Shown here piece after piece: positions 9,467 through 17,948 of a DNA stretch of 64,000 bases. The notes beneath the pieces are model-generated. The model had not been told where the DNA came from and made no database searches. It worked only from the letters and a program-made list of their open reading frames with translations. A program made the position numbers and the translations under genes. Numbering within the stretch: the first letter of the stretch is position 1; each line of letters begins with the position of its first letter. The stretch is from positions 192,001 to 256,000 of the forward strand of contig CAWCRS010000001.1 of NCBI GenBank assembly GCA_963798085.1. The letters run 5' to 3'. This DNA is from an uncultured Gemmatimonadales bacterium. Its GTDB lineage: Bacteria; Gemmatimonadota; Gemmatimonadetes; Longimicrobiales; RSA9.

Positions 9467-10524
9467 GTCGCGTCAGCTTCAGTCTTCGCTGCGGCCTGTT
9501 GCAGCCGAGCCGCCGGCTTGCCGAATGGGGGCAGGACCACCCAAGCGGCGAACATGGCGCCGCTGATGGCCGAATACCATGCGGCCCGCGCGATCCACGC
9601 GGGATCGACGAGCCCATTGAGCGGACCCAGCGGCACCGGCGGCCTGCCGGGCGGTCCCACCGGCAGCATGGCCAGCGTCGTCGCGATCTGGACGGCGAGA
9701 CCCGCGATCACGCCGGCTCCCGCGCCTGCGGCAATGCGCGACGCAGTGCCGTGGATGCGCGGCACAATGGTGAGCACGGCGGCCGCAATCGCACCCAGCA
9801 TTGCGGCGTGCACTACGTACCCGCTGATGACCGTCAGGCTGAGGCCACCGGCGTAGACTGCATCGTAAACCCGCCCGAACAGGTAGCCGGCCGCTGCGCC
9901 CGGGACGGGCGGCCAGCGCCTGTTCCTCCGGCTCATGCGCAGTCCGAGTTCCAGTCCGAGCAGCACAGCCAGGAACGCCGCCCATTCTTCGACGTCGGGC
10001 TGAAACGTGTGCTTCGCCTGGACCACGACTTCCTCGAGCTGCGCAGCGCTGGGCCGCAGCGTGATGGCCACGTTGATCGTGCCAATGGGCCGGTTGGCAC
10101 GGTTCACGGGCAGCTGCTGCGGCTGCAGGTACGGCTGGAAACCGATTGCCCGCACGTCCAGCACGACGATCGCACTGTCCACATCGATGCTGAAGGATCC
10201 GCCGGCATCGGTGGTGGCGGTCCGGTCGCCGACCCGCGCCATGGCGCCCGCAACAGGACGGCCAGCGGTGTCCGTTACCTGACCCGTAATGCGACCGCGC
10301 ACGGCCTGCGAGTCCGGCGTGTAGGGCGAGCGCTGCCCCGACGGTGCCTGCTGCACCGGCGGCTTCTTGTCCTGCGATGTGTCGCTCGAGTCGGCCGCAC
10401 CTCGCGCCGCTGCCTGCAGCGGCACGCCCGCCGCCGTGGCTGGGGCCGCCAAACTCGCGATTAGCAGGAGCCCGATCCGGCCAGCCTGTCTGACCACGTT
10501 CCGGCGGCGTGCGTTTCTGCTCAT
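9463..10524 (-). CDS. Carboxypeptidase-regulatory-like domain protein with C-terminal TM helices
   Basis: Signal/TM segment, then GRITGQVTDTAGRPVAGA..TTDAGGSF..RAIGF..LEEVVV, then ~5 TM. ATGA overlaps at both ends. Confidence 0.75.
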   Translation of the reverse strand: MSRNARRRNVVRQAGRIGLLLIASLAAPATAAGVPLQAAARGAADSSDTSQDKKPPVQQAPSGQRSPYTPDSQAVRGRITGQVTDTAGRPVAGAMARVGDRTATTDAGGSFSIDVDSAIVVLDVRAIGFQPYLQPQQLPVNRANRPIGTINVAITLRPSAAQLEEVVVQAKHTFQPDVEEWAAFLAVLLGLELGLRMSRRNRRWPPVPGAAAGYLFGRVYDAVYAGGLSLTVISGYVVHAAMLGAIAAAVLTIVPRIHGTASRIAAGAGAGVIAGLAVQIATTLAMLPVGPPGRPPVPLGPLNGLVDPAWIARAAWYSAISGAMFAAWVVLPPFGKPAARLQQAAAKTEADAT

Positions 10525-13500
10525 CCGATTGTCCAGTCCAGCAGCGCCAGGGCAAGGCCGGCCACGAACGCGAATACCAGCGCACGCAGAACGGTCCCCA
10601 GCAGATTGCTGCGAGGTGCAGCAATGTCCAGCAGCGACGATGCGCCTTCGATCTCGCCTGCGGATTCGGCCGGCGTCGTCGCATACCAGTGGAAGCCGAG
10701 GACGATCACCGAGATCACGAAGCCCGCGCTGGTAACGGCCATGCCAGCGCCGCGCAGCCCGTCGGTCTGTTCGATCGAGGCCGCCAGCACGTACTGCAGG
10801 GCTGCGCCCGCCAGTGCCAGTCCGGCGTGAAACCATGCGTGCATCAGGCGCGCCGCCCGACCGTAGAGTGCCTGCGCCGCCGCAATGGGCACGGAAACCG
10901 CCGCGACGGCAATCGGAATGGCGATCAGCAGTGTGGTGGATGCTTCGCCGCTGGCCAGCAGATTCGCCGCGAAGAAGAGTATGATGGCGATCAGGCTGAT
11001 CAGCTGCGCCGCCGCTGACCAGCGCATGAGCCCGCGCGCGCGGCGCCATGCGCGGTCTTGACGCTCGTACGCTGCTGGCGAGGCACCCGTTGCGCGGTAC
11101 CAGCGCAATCCCGCAACCGCAACACCCGCTGTGTACAGCTCACAGACGACGACGAGTGCTGCCGCCGGGAGTGACCACCTGTTCCTGTCAACGGCGTGGA
11201 TCGCGGTCCAGAGGGCAGGAATCTGTGCCAGAAGTGCCGTGATGGTGAGGCTGCCGAGCCAGGCCGCCGGTCGCAACCCGCCTGCGCGACCGGCCAGCAG
11301 GAGCGCGACCGTCAGCGGCACGGCCTGAGCACCCACGTACCAGGTCGCAATCAGAGCTGGGGCCCATGGGAAGGCGAGGAACGAATGGTCGTAGTGTATC
11401 CACACGGCAACGATCAGTAAGCCAGCCGCGTAGACCAGCAAAGTGCAGCCGGCAACGAGCATGAACCGGCGGGCCCAGACGCGCGCGTGCGCCTCCATGC
11501 CGCCGGGTACCGACACGTAGCCGCGCCGCCACGCGCGCAGCCACAGATAGCCACCCACCGTGACCATGTACGAGAGCGCCGCGGAACTGATGAGCGCCGC
11601 TGGCCCGGACCATGACCCGCTGGTGCCCCACCCGAAGATCAGCGTCAGCGCAATGGCACCGGTGCTGATGCCGCCGAACCAGCGGAGCGGCTGATTGGCA
11701 CCGGCCAGACCAACCGCAAACAGCATCGCGCTGAGCAGATACAGTACGATCAGCGACAGCACCTGCGCCGTCGTCTGCGGCAGACCGCCGAGTGTCAGGA
11801 TGAGCATCGACAGAAGGCGATCAATGGGCGCGACGGCCACGATCAGCCACAGTGGGAGGCTCGCCAGCAGCAGCACGCGCGCGGCGTTGCGCATGGTGCG
11901 CGCAGCCGGGTCGTCCGCTGCGCTCGCCGCGGCCTGTGTTTCGCCTGCACCTTCACCGGCGAGCACCGGCCTGACTCGCTTGTACCAGCCCGTGCTGCGC
12001 CGCACCAGCATGACAAGGAACCCGGCGGCGCCGAGCGTCAGCCCCACGCCGTAGCCGAGACTTCCGGTGACAAGGAACGCGAAACCGGCAATCAGCGCGT
12101 ACGCCGCAATGCTTGCGATCGGAAACAGGAAGCCCAGCGATACCAGTCCGCGTGTCTGCGTCGACCAGCCCAGCACGATGAGCGCCCCGCTCAGCGGCAG
12201 GACGTGCACCCCGGCCACGACGCCGAGCACAGTGGCGCCACCGACATGGATGACCGCCAGCAGTGTGGCCGCAGCCGGCAGCAGGCAGGCGACGAGACTG
12301 AGGAGAATCAGGCGCTGGCCAATGCGCAGCGTGCCCAGGCGGATCGCGGACGCGCGCACGCCACGCCACTGATTCCACGCGGGCAGCATGATCAGCACAC
12401 CGCCACCCGCGAGCACGAATTCCGCGACTTTGCGCCAGAGCGGTTCCGCGCCCGGCGACAGTCCCTCGGCAATCACGGTGAACAGCGCAATGCCGACGAA
12501 ATAGGCTGCGGCCGCGCGCACCAGCTTGTGTCGCACCACCTCGGCCAGGATGATCAGCGACACGCCCGTCGAATACATCATCGCGGCGGCCAGGAAATGC
12601 AGCACGGCGCTGTGACTGCCGACGCGATCCGCGAGAATCAGCAGCAGCCACGCCGTCGCTGCCGATCCGATCAGCAGGCGGGTCGCGTTGCGCAGCCGAC
12701 GGACCGCATCCTCGAGCACGCCGCCCGTCGGTCCCACCGCGGAGAAGAAGCGTTGCAGCAGCGGCGGCACCGGCACTGCGAGACGGTCCGACATGAAGGT
12801 CGCAAAGACATGCTCGCGCAGCGGACTGTCCTTCGATTCCCGCCGCCGGAGCATGCCGAAGATGCGCCGACCCAGCGCGGGCACGGGATTGTCCAGTGCG
12901 ATCTCGAGCACTTCCGCGTCGCCCGGCTCGTGCAGTGCGGACTCGAGCAGCGCATCCACCACGTTCTGGATGTCGGTGCGCTGGGCCGGTGTCAGATCCC
13001 GAATGAGCCGCGCGCGCAGCCAGCCCGGCATGCGACCCGTGCGGAACCAGGGCAGCCGGTTCAGCAGCGCGAGCCGTTCCTCGTTGAGCTGTGGTTGTCC
13101 GTCCTCATCATGGAGGTACCGACCCAGACGCAGCGTCAGCGGCCAGTGAAGCTCCGGATAGACGGCGCACGCGGTCAGCCACAGCAGTCCGGAAGCGCCG
13201 CCCAGGTACCAGCGCAGGTCCTGGATGAGGTCCTCGATCACCTTCGCGTCGGGCGGATGGTCATCCGTCCAGCGGTCGGCGCGCTCCGCCAGCAGGGGCG
13301 GCATGGGCCGCATGTTGTCGTCGACGCGCCCCCGCCATTGCTGCGCTGCGCCCGGGTTCGCGACGAGCGCATCGAGTCCGGCCTCGGTCGCGGGAAACAC
13401 GAGCATGCCGGTGCCCGTGAGCTTGTCCTCGCGCGGTCCCCAGTTCGCGGGATCTTCCGGCGTCAGCAGCGCGCGCAACGGCCAGCCATCGAGCTGGTCG

Positions 13501-14609
13501 GTCCAGCTCTCGAGATTGCCGGTGAAGGGGCTCAGCAGGGCATCGCCATCCGAGAAGATCATCAGCCTGCGGTACGGATAGCGCGATTCCAGCTCGTTCA
13601 GCGAAAGCGGACGCGCATTGCGGGGCGCGTAGCGCTCGTCCGGCACACAGACGCGCGGGTCGCGGGCAAAGTAGTAGCGGTGAATGAAAACACCGTGTTC
13701 GATGAGCCAGTCGATGAGGTCGTCGAAGAACCGTGCCTGGTGATCGCGATAGCTCAGACGATCTACCAGCACGAGGTACTCGGGCACTGTCAACTGCTGC
13801 GTGTCCACGCGGCGAAACTCTCCCGGGTCCTGCACCGTGCGCATCACGCTGGCCTCGATGTCCAGGAAAGCGGGGCCGAGACGGCGGTGCAGGCGGAAGT
13901 TCTGCGCCACGCGGAACATCAGTCGGCGATCGAACACCTGCGTTTCCTCGCCGCGCACCAGCAGCTTCGCTACCGGCGGTGTTTCGCGGGTGATGCGCCG
14001 CGCCAGGAACCGCCGGGCCGACAGATACTGCAGCAGCTGCTGCACCAGCAGCGCCAGGACCACGAGTGCGCCCAGCCACAGCATGATGTGCCGGTGCCGG
14101 GTCGCTTCCTCCGCCGGTGGCGTGACAACCGGAGTTGGAACCGGATTGGCCACAACCGTGTCGGGCGGCGGCGGAACTAACGTCTCATTATCATCCTTGT
14201 GCGGGATGAGCAGTGTGGCAGTGACGAGGAGCGCCGCGACCACCAGCGCGGCCACACCCCATTTCAGCCAGCGCGAGAGTCTGCCTGCACGGGAGAGGTC
14301 GCGCTGCAGCGTCTGCCGCGCTGGGCTCGGTACCGGCGAGGGCGCAGGCTGGAAGTGCAGTTCGCGGGTCTCGGACCAGCGCTGGAAGCGACGCTCGAAT
14401 TCGGCCTGCTGCTCGGGACTGTTGCAGAGGAGTGGTGCCAGGTAGGAACGCAGCCGCGCGGGCTCTTCCGGCAGCTCGCCGCGCGCGGCCAGCAGCAGGA
14501 TCAGGTTCTGTACATTGATGAACTGGCTGGTGCCGATGTTGTAGCCGTCGGCGCGCAGCGACTCGACGAAGTCGAGCAGCTCATCACTCAGCGCCTGCGC
14601 CGCCTTCAT
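10521..14609 (-). CDS. vWA-domain component of a MoxR ternary system with C-terminal multi-TM region
   Basis: CoxE-like N-terminal helices, LDIEASVMRT, vWA motifs YLVLVDRLS and LMIFSDG, helical WLTACAVYPELHWPLTLRLG/LPWFRTG region, then ~20 TM. Confidence 0.85.
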   Translation of the reverse strand: MKAAQALSDELLDFVESLRADGYNIGTSQFINVQNLILLLAARGELPEEPARLRSYLAPLLCNSPEQQAEFERRFQRWSETRELHFQPAPSPVPSPARQTLQRDLSRAGRLSRWLKWGVAALVVAALLVTATLLIPHKDDNETLVPPPPDTVVANPVPTPVVTPPAEEATRHRHIMLWLGALVVLALLVQQLLQYLSARRFLARRITRETPPVAKLLVRGEETQVFDRRLMFRVAQNFRLHRRLGPAFLDIEASVMRTVQDPGEFRRVDTQQLTVPEYLVLVDRLSYRDHQARFFDDLIDWLIEHGVFIHRYYFARDPRVCVPDERYAPRNARPLSLNELESRYPYRRLMIFSDGDALLSPFTGNLESWTDQLDGWPLRALLTPEDPANWGPREDKLTGTGMLVFPATEAGLDALVANPGAAQQWRGRVDDNMRPMPPLLAERADRWTDDHPPDAKVIEDLIQDLRWYLGGASGLLWLTACAVYPELHWPLTLRLGRYLHDEDGQPQLNEERLALLNRLPWFRTGRMPGWLRARLIRDLTPAQRTDIQNVVDALLESALHEPGDAEVLEIALDNPVPALGRRIFGMLRRRESKDSPLREHVFATFMSDRLAVPVPPLLQRFFSAVGPTGGVLEDAVRRLRNATRLLIGSAATAWLLLILADRVGSHSAVLHFLAAAMMYSTGVSLIILAEVVRHKLVRAAAAYFVGIALFTVIAEGLSPGAEPLWRKVAEFVLAGGGVLIMLPAWNQWRGVRASAIRLGTLRIGQRLILLSLVACLLPAAATLLAVIHVGGATVLGVVAGVHVLPLSGALIVLGWSTQTRGLVSLGFLFPIASIAAYALIAGFAFLVTGSLGYGVGLTLGAAGFLVMLVRRSTGWYKRVRPVLAGEGAGETQAAASAADDPAARTMRNAARVLLLASLPLWLIVAVAPIDRLLSMLILTLGGLPQTTAQVLSLIVLYLLSAMLFAVGLAGANQPLRWFGGISTGAIALTLIFGWGTSGSWSGPAALISSAALSYMVTVGGYLWLRAWRRGYVSVPGGMEAHARVWARRFMLVAGCTLLVYAAGLLIVAVWIHYDHSFLAFPWAPALIATWYVGAQAVPLTVALLLAGRAGGLRPAAWLGSLTITALLAQIPALWTAIHAVDRNRWSLPAAALVVVCELYTAGVAVAGLRWYRATGASPAAYERQDRAWRRARGLMRWSAAAQLISLIAIILFFAANLLASGEASTTLLIAIPIAVAAVSVPIAAAQALYGRAARLMHAWFHAGLALAGAALQYVLAASIEQTDGLRGAGMAVTSAGFVISVIVLGFHWYATTPAESAGEIEGASSLLDIAAPRSNLLGTVLRALVFAFVAGLALALLDWTIG

Positions 14610-15603
14610 TCCGTCTGCGTGCCAGCCAGTTGCGCACGGCCAGGGCGGCGGACTCGAGATCGTCGCCGTTCTTGACCAGGGTCGCGAGCGTGCTCACGAT
14701 GCGGTCCGTGTCGAGAGCGCGCAGCGGGTTGTCCGCCGCCGGCGCCAGCCGGCGCAGCGTGACCAGCCAGTTGAGCAGCTCCGCCGTGGACGGCTTCTTC
14801 CGCACCTGGCTGCGATTCTGCCGCAGCTCGTAGAACAGCTCCAGTGCGTCACCCAGGAACGGCTCGTCGAGATCGACATCACCACTCAGGCGGGCGGTGA
14901 CGATCTCGATCATGCGCTCCTTCTCGGGGAACGGAATGTGGTAGTACGTGCAGCGGCGCAGGAACGCGTCCGGCAGGTGCTTCTCCGAATTGCTCGTGAT
15001 GATCAGCAGCGGCGGGCTGTCGCGGTCTGCTTCAATGCGCACGTTCTCCAGCTCGGGGATGCGGAAATACATGCCCTCCAGCTCGCTGAGCACGTCGTTG
15101 GGAAAGTCGCGCGGCGCCTTGTCGATCTCGTCGATCAGCACCAGCGAGCGCATGGGCTGCTCCGGCACCAGCGATGACGGCAGATACTTCGAGCTCAGCT
15201 CTCGTTCGCAGGTGCGCAGGATCGCCGTGCCCAGCGCATTGAACGTGATGTAGTCGAGCGCACTGGCACTGTGTTTGTCCTGGTGGTAGCGGCCCAGCGC
15301 ATCGTAGACGTAGAAGAGGTCCCTCGCCGTGCTGGTCGACTTGGTCTCGAACTTCAGCGGCAGCCCGAACCCCAGCTCCCACGCCACGCTGTACGCCAGC
15401 TGCGTCTTGCCCGTGCCCGGCTCGCCCGTCAGCAGCAGCGGCTGGTTGAGCAGCAGCGCGACATTCACGGCATCGCGTAACCCCGCGTCAGGCACGTAGC
15501 GGTCCGGCCGCGTGTCCCATGCACGCCGCGAGCGCGGCAGTGCCGCATAGCCGTCGGACACGGGCTCCTGCCGCGTGCCGAGATAGAACGGGAACTCCAG
15601 CAT
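14584..15603 (-). CDS. MoxR family AAA+ ATPase
   Basis: Walker A GEPGTGKT, Walker B LIDEIDKAPRDFPND, and ITSNSEKHLPDAFLRRC. Confidence 0.95.
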   Translation of the reverse strand: MLEFPFYLGTRQEPVSDGYAALPRSRRAWDTRPDRYVPDAGLRDAVNVALLLNQPLLLTGEPGTGKTQLAYSVAWELGFGLPLKFETKSTSTARDLFYVYDALGRYHQDKHSASALDYITFNALGTAILRTCERELSSKYLPSSLVPEQPMRSLVLIDEIDKAPRDFPNDVLSELEGMYFRIPELENVRIEADRDSPPLLIITSNSEKHLPDAFLRRCTYYHIPFPEKERMIEIVTARLSGDVDLDEPFLGDALELFYELRQNRSQVRKKPSTAELLNWLVTLRRLAPAADNPLRALDTDRIVSTLATLVKNGDDLESAALAVRNWLARRRNEGGAGAE

Positions 15604-15619
15604 TTTGGATCCTCGCCGA

Positions 15620-16927
15620 TCAGGCCCTGATTTCCTTCAGGATGGTCTCGAGATGGCCCGCCAGCGGGTCCATCGAGATGCGTTTGGCGTCGTTCACGAC
15701 CTGCGGATTCTCGTAGAGCCGGCGGATGCGCGTGCGCACGTCGATCGCACGGCCGCCGACGAAGTCGCTGACATCATCGAGATCCGCCCACAGCTCCGCA
15801 TCCTCGAGCCGCACATCCGGCAGCTCGCGCGCGATCAGCATGCGTGTGTTGGGAAACAGCTTCTCGCAGACCGCGATCAGGCCGTGCTGCTCGAGCAGCT
15901 CACGCACCGCGCCGGCAAGACGGGACTCGCCGCCCAACCAGCGTGCAAGCAGACCCTGCCGGCCACTCACGGGATAGCGTATGCAGAGGAATGCGAACAG
16001 CGGCTCGCCAGCGCTGCGCCTGGGCCAGTCGTTCCAGAATTTCACGAAATTCTGAATCGACTGGCGAGGTCCCGCCTTCAGGTCCTCCGGCTCGACATAG
16101 GTGTGCACGAGCACGGGCCCCTGATGCGCATCCAGCTCGGCCGCAATGGTCTCCATGTCGGAGACACGCTTCAGCGCGCGCTCCGAGATACGCGCCATCA
16201 TCTGCGCGGCGAACTGTGCGGCGTCCGTAATGCGCTCCGGCCACGATACCGGGATGTCACGTACAGGCTTGAGACCGCTGCTGGCAAACGCCGCGGGCAG
16301 CGAGTACCTCGCCAGCACATCGACCAGCTCGCGATGACACTCCGAGCGGTTGCCGTGCACGATGCACACGACATTGCGCGTGTCGTGCGACGACCACACC
16401 TCCTGCGCCTCGCCCTGCACCAGCCCGATCTGCTCGCTGCGGTCACAGCGATACGCGAGCAGCGGCGGGATCGCACGGTGACGCTGGTCCCGGATCTTGC
16501 TCGTCTGCCAGTTCGCGACCGCCTTGCGCACCTCCGTGCTCAGCTCCTCGATCGTGGTGAAACGCTTGATCGTGCGGCCCGCTTCGACGTTGCCAATGCG
16601 ACTCAGGAAATCCGCCAGACGCGCGTCCCGGTCCTCCACATCGACGAACTTCTCGAAGATCAGACAGTCCTTCTGCCCGGCTACCGCCTGCTCGTACTCG
16701 TCGATCGTGTACTGGCCGTACTGCCGCCAGAAGATGCCGATGTACAGATCAGACGACGAAAGCTCGTTCAGGTAGACCTTGCGTCCTTCGACCGTCTGTG
16801 CACCCGCATCCTCCTCGAACAGCCAGGGCTCCACCTCCAGCGTGCGCAAGGCGGACTGCGCCGCCTTGCGCTCGTCGCGCAACTCGGCCATGCCGGAGCT
16901 GATGAAGACCTTGAGACGGACACTCAT
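15620..16927 (-). CDS. DUF4062 (TIR-like) domain fused to inactive STAND (iSTAND) domain
   Basis: KVFISS..LRDER..DLYIGIFWRQYG..TIDEY (DUF4062). LLAYRCDRSEQ..VCIVHGNRSECH (degenerate P-loop, iSTAND-like). Confidence 0.8.
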   Translation of the reverse strand: MSVRLKVFISSGMAELRDERKAAQSALRTLEVEPWLFEEDAGAQTVEGRKVYLNELSSSDLYIGIFWRQYGQYTIDEYEQAVAGQKDCLIFEKFVDVEDRDARLADFLSRIGNVEAGRTIKRFTTIEELSTEVRKAVANWQTSKIRDQRHRAIPPLLAYRCDRSEQIGLVQGEAQEVWSSHDTRNVVCIVHGNRSECHRELVDVLARYSLPAAFASSGLKPVRDIPVSWPERITDAAQFAAQMMARISERALKRVSDMETIAAELDAHQGPVLVHTYVEPEDLKAGPRQSIQNFVKFWNDWPRRSAGEPLFAFLCIRYPVSGRQGLLARWLGGESRLAGAVRELLEQHGLIAVCEKLFPNTRMLIARELPDVRLEDAELWADLDDVSDFVGGRAIDVRTRIRRLYENPQVVNDAKRISMDPLAGHLETILKEIRA

Positions 16928-16973
16928 TCTTTTCGCTGGCGCTTCTGCTAAAGGATCGTTAGAGGCATTGCCG

Positions 16974-17154
16974 GGGCTGGGGCTGGGAACTCATGGCTGC
17001 CTCGGGTCTCCGTCGCGCGGGATGCAGCACGGTGGCCTCTGTTTTTCCTGCGCACTCACGCAGCACGACAGGTCAGACCGGACGGCGCGCCGGCTCCGGA
17101 CCGCCACGACCCGACCCGCCGTGTGTTCCCAGCCCCAGCCCGAGCCCCAGCCCG
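16974..17154. repeat. REP-like inverted repeat pair
   Basis: GGGCTGGGGCTGGGAAC at 16974-16990 and its exact reverse complement at 17125-17141. Confidence 0.7.
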
Positions 17155-17399
17155 ATTTCAAAAAGAAGCGGACGGGCGTCGTCGCCTGAAACGCCTCCGG
17201 AAGCTGCCTGTCGAAGGGTGCCGCGATCCCCGGCGAGGCGCGGGACGGGAGGCGATCCGGGCCCGCCGGGTGGCTGACGCTGCACCCTCGGGCGCGCTGC
17301 GTCAAGGCAACGCGCGCTCTGGACGTGCCCTGGCCGCATCCTGCACGCGACGGGACGCCCTCGTGGGCCGCGCGTGCCTGCAGCGCTGCGCCGCCGCGC

Positions 17400-17894
17400 T
17401 CACTTCGGCGGCCACGCGCCGAGGAGATGGCGCACGTCCACGATCTGGGCCGTGTGATACGCGTTGTGCACCAGCGCGACGAGCACCGTGCGCAGGTACG
17501 TCTGGCCGGTGCCATGCGGGATGCGCTGCGTCAGGTCGCCGCGGTACTTCGCGGTGAACTGCGCGATCGCTTGTGTATCACGACTGATCTGAGCGAGGCT
17601 CGCGCTCCATTGCCGTGCGGTGGGCTTCGCGCCGGGGCGAGGCCAGTAGTCGTCCGGCCACTTCAGCTTTTCTTCGTACTTCGGATTCGTCAGGAAGTCG
17701 AGCAGGTCCTGCTGCGCGAGCCGGATGTGCTCGACCAGGTCCCACAGCGAATGGTCGAGCCCCTGCGGGCGCACCGCACGCAACGTCGCGGGCAGGCCCT
17801 GCAGCGCGTGCTCGAGCGATACGTGGGCCTGCTCCCAGTCCAGTGACGAGGCGATGATCGCCTTCCACTCGCCGGGTTTCGTTTTCGTGGCCAT
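17400..17894 (-). CDS. DinB family protein
   Basis: Motifs HSLWDLVEHIR and HNAYHTAQI. Confidence 0.9.
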   Translation of the reverse strand: MATKTKPGEWKAIIASSLDWEQAHVSLEHALQGLPATLRAVRPQGLDHSLWDLVEHIRLAQQDLLDFLTNPKYEEKLKWPDDYWPRPGAKPTARQWSASLAQISRDTQAIAQFTAKYRGDLTQRIPHGTGQTYLRTVLVALVHNAYHTAQIVDVRHLLGAWPPK

Positions 17895-17948
17895 TGCGCC
17901 TTTCCCCACGGTTGCGGCGCCCGGCACGCGCCCGGGCGCCCGGAGTAA

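Noticed and set aside
14584..14612. Possible MoxR-vWA fusion hidden by a GAATG error
   Set aside because: The motif is on the minus strand, unlike the other cases, and separate overlapping genes are normal for these systems.
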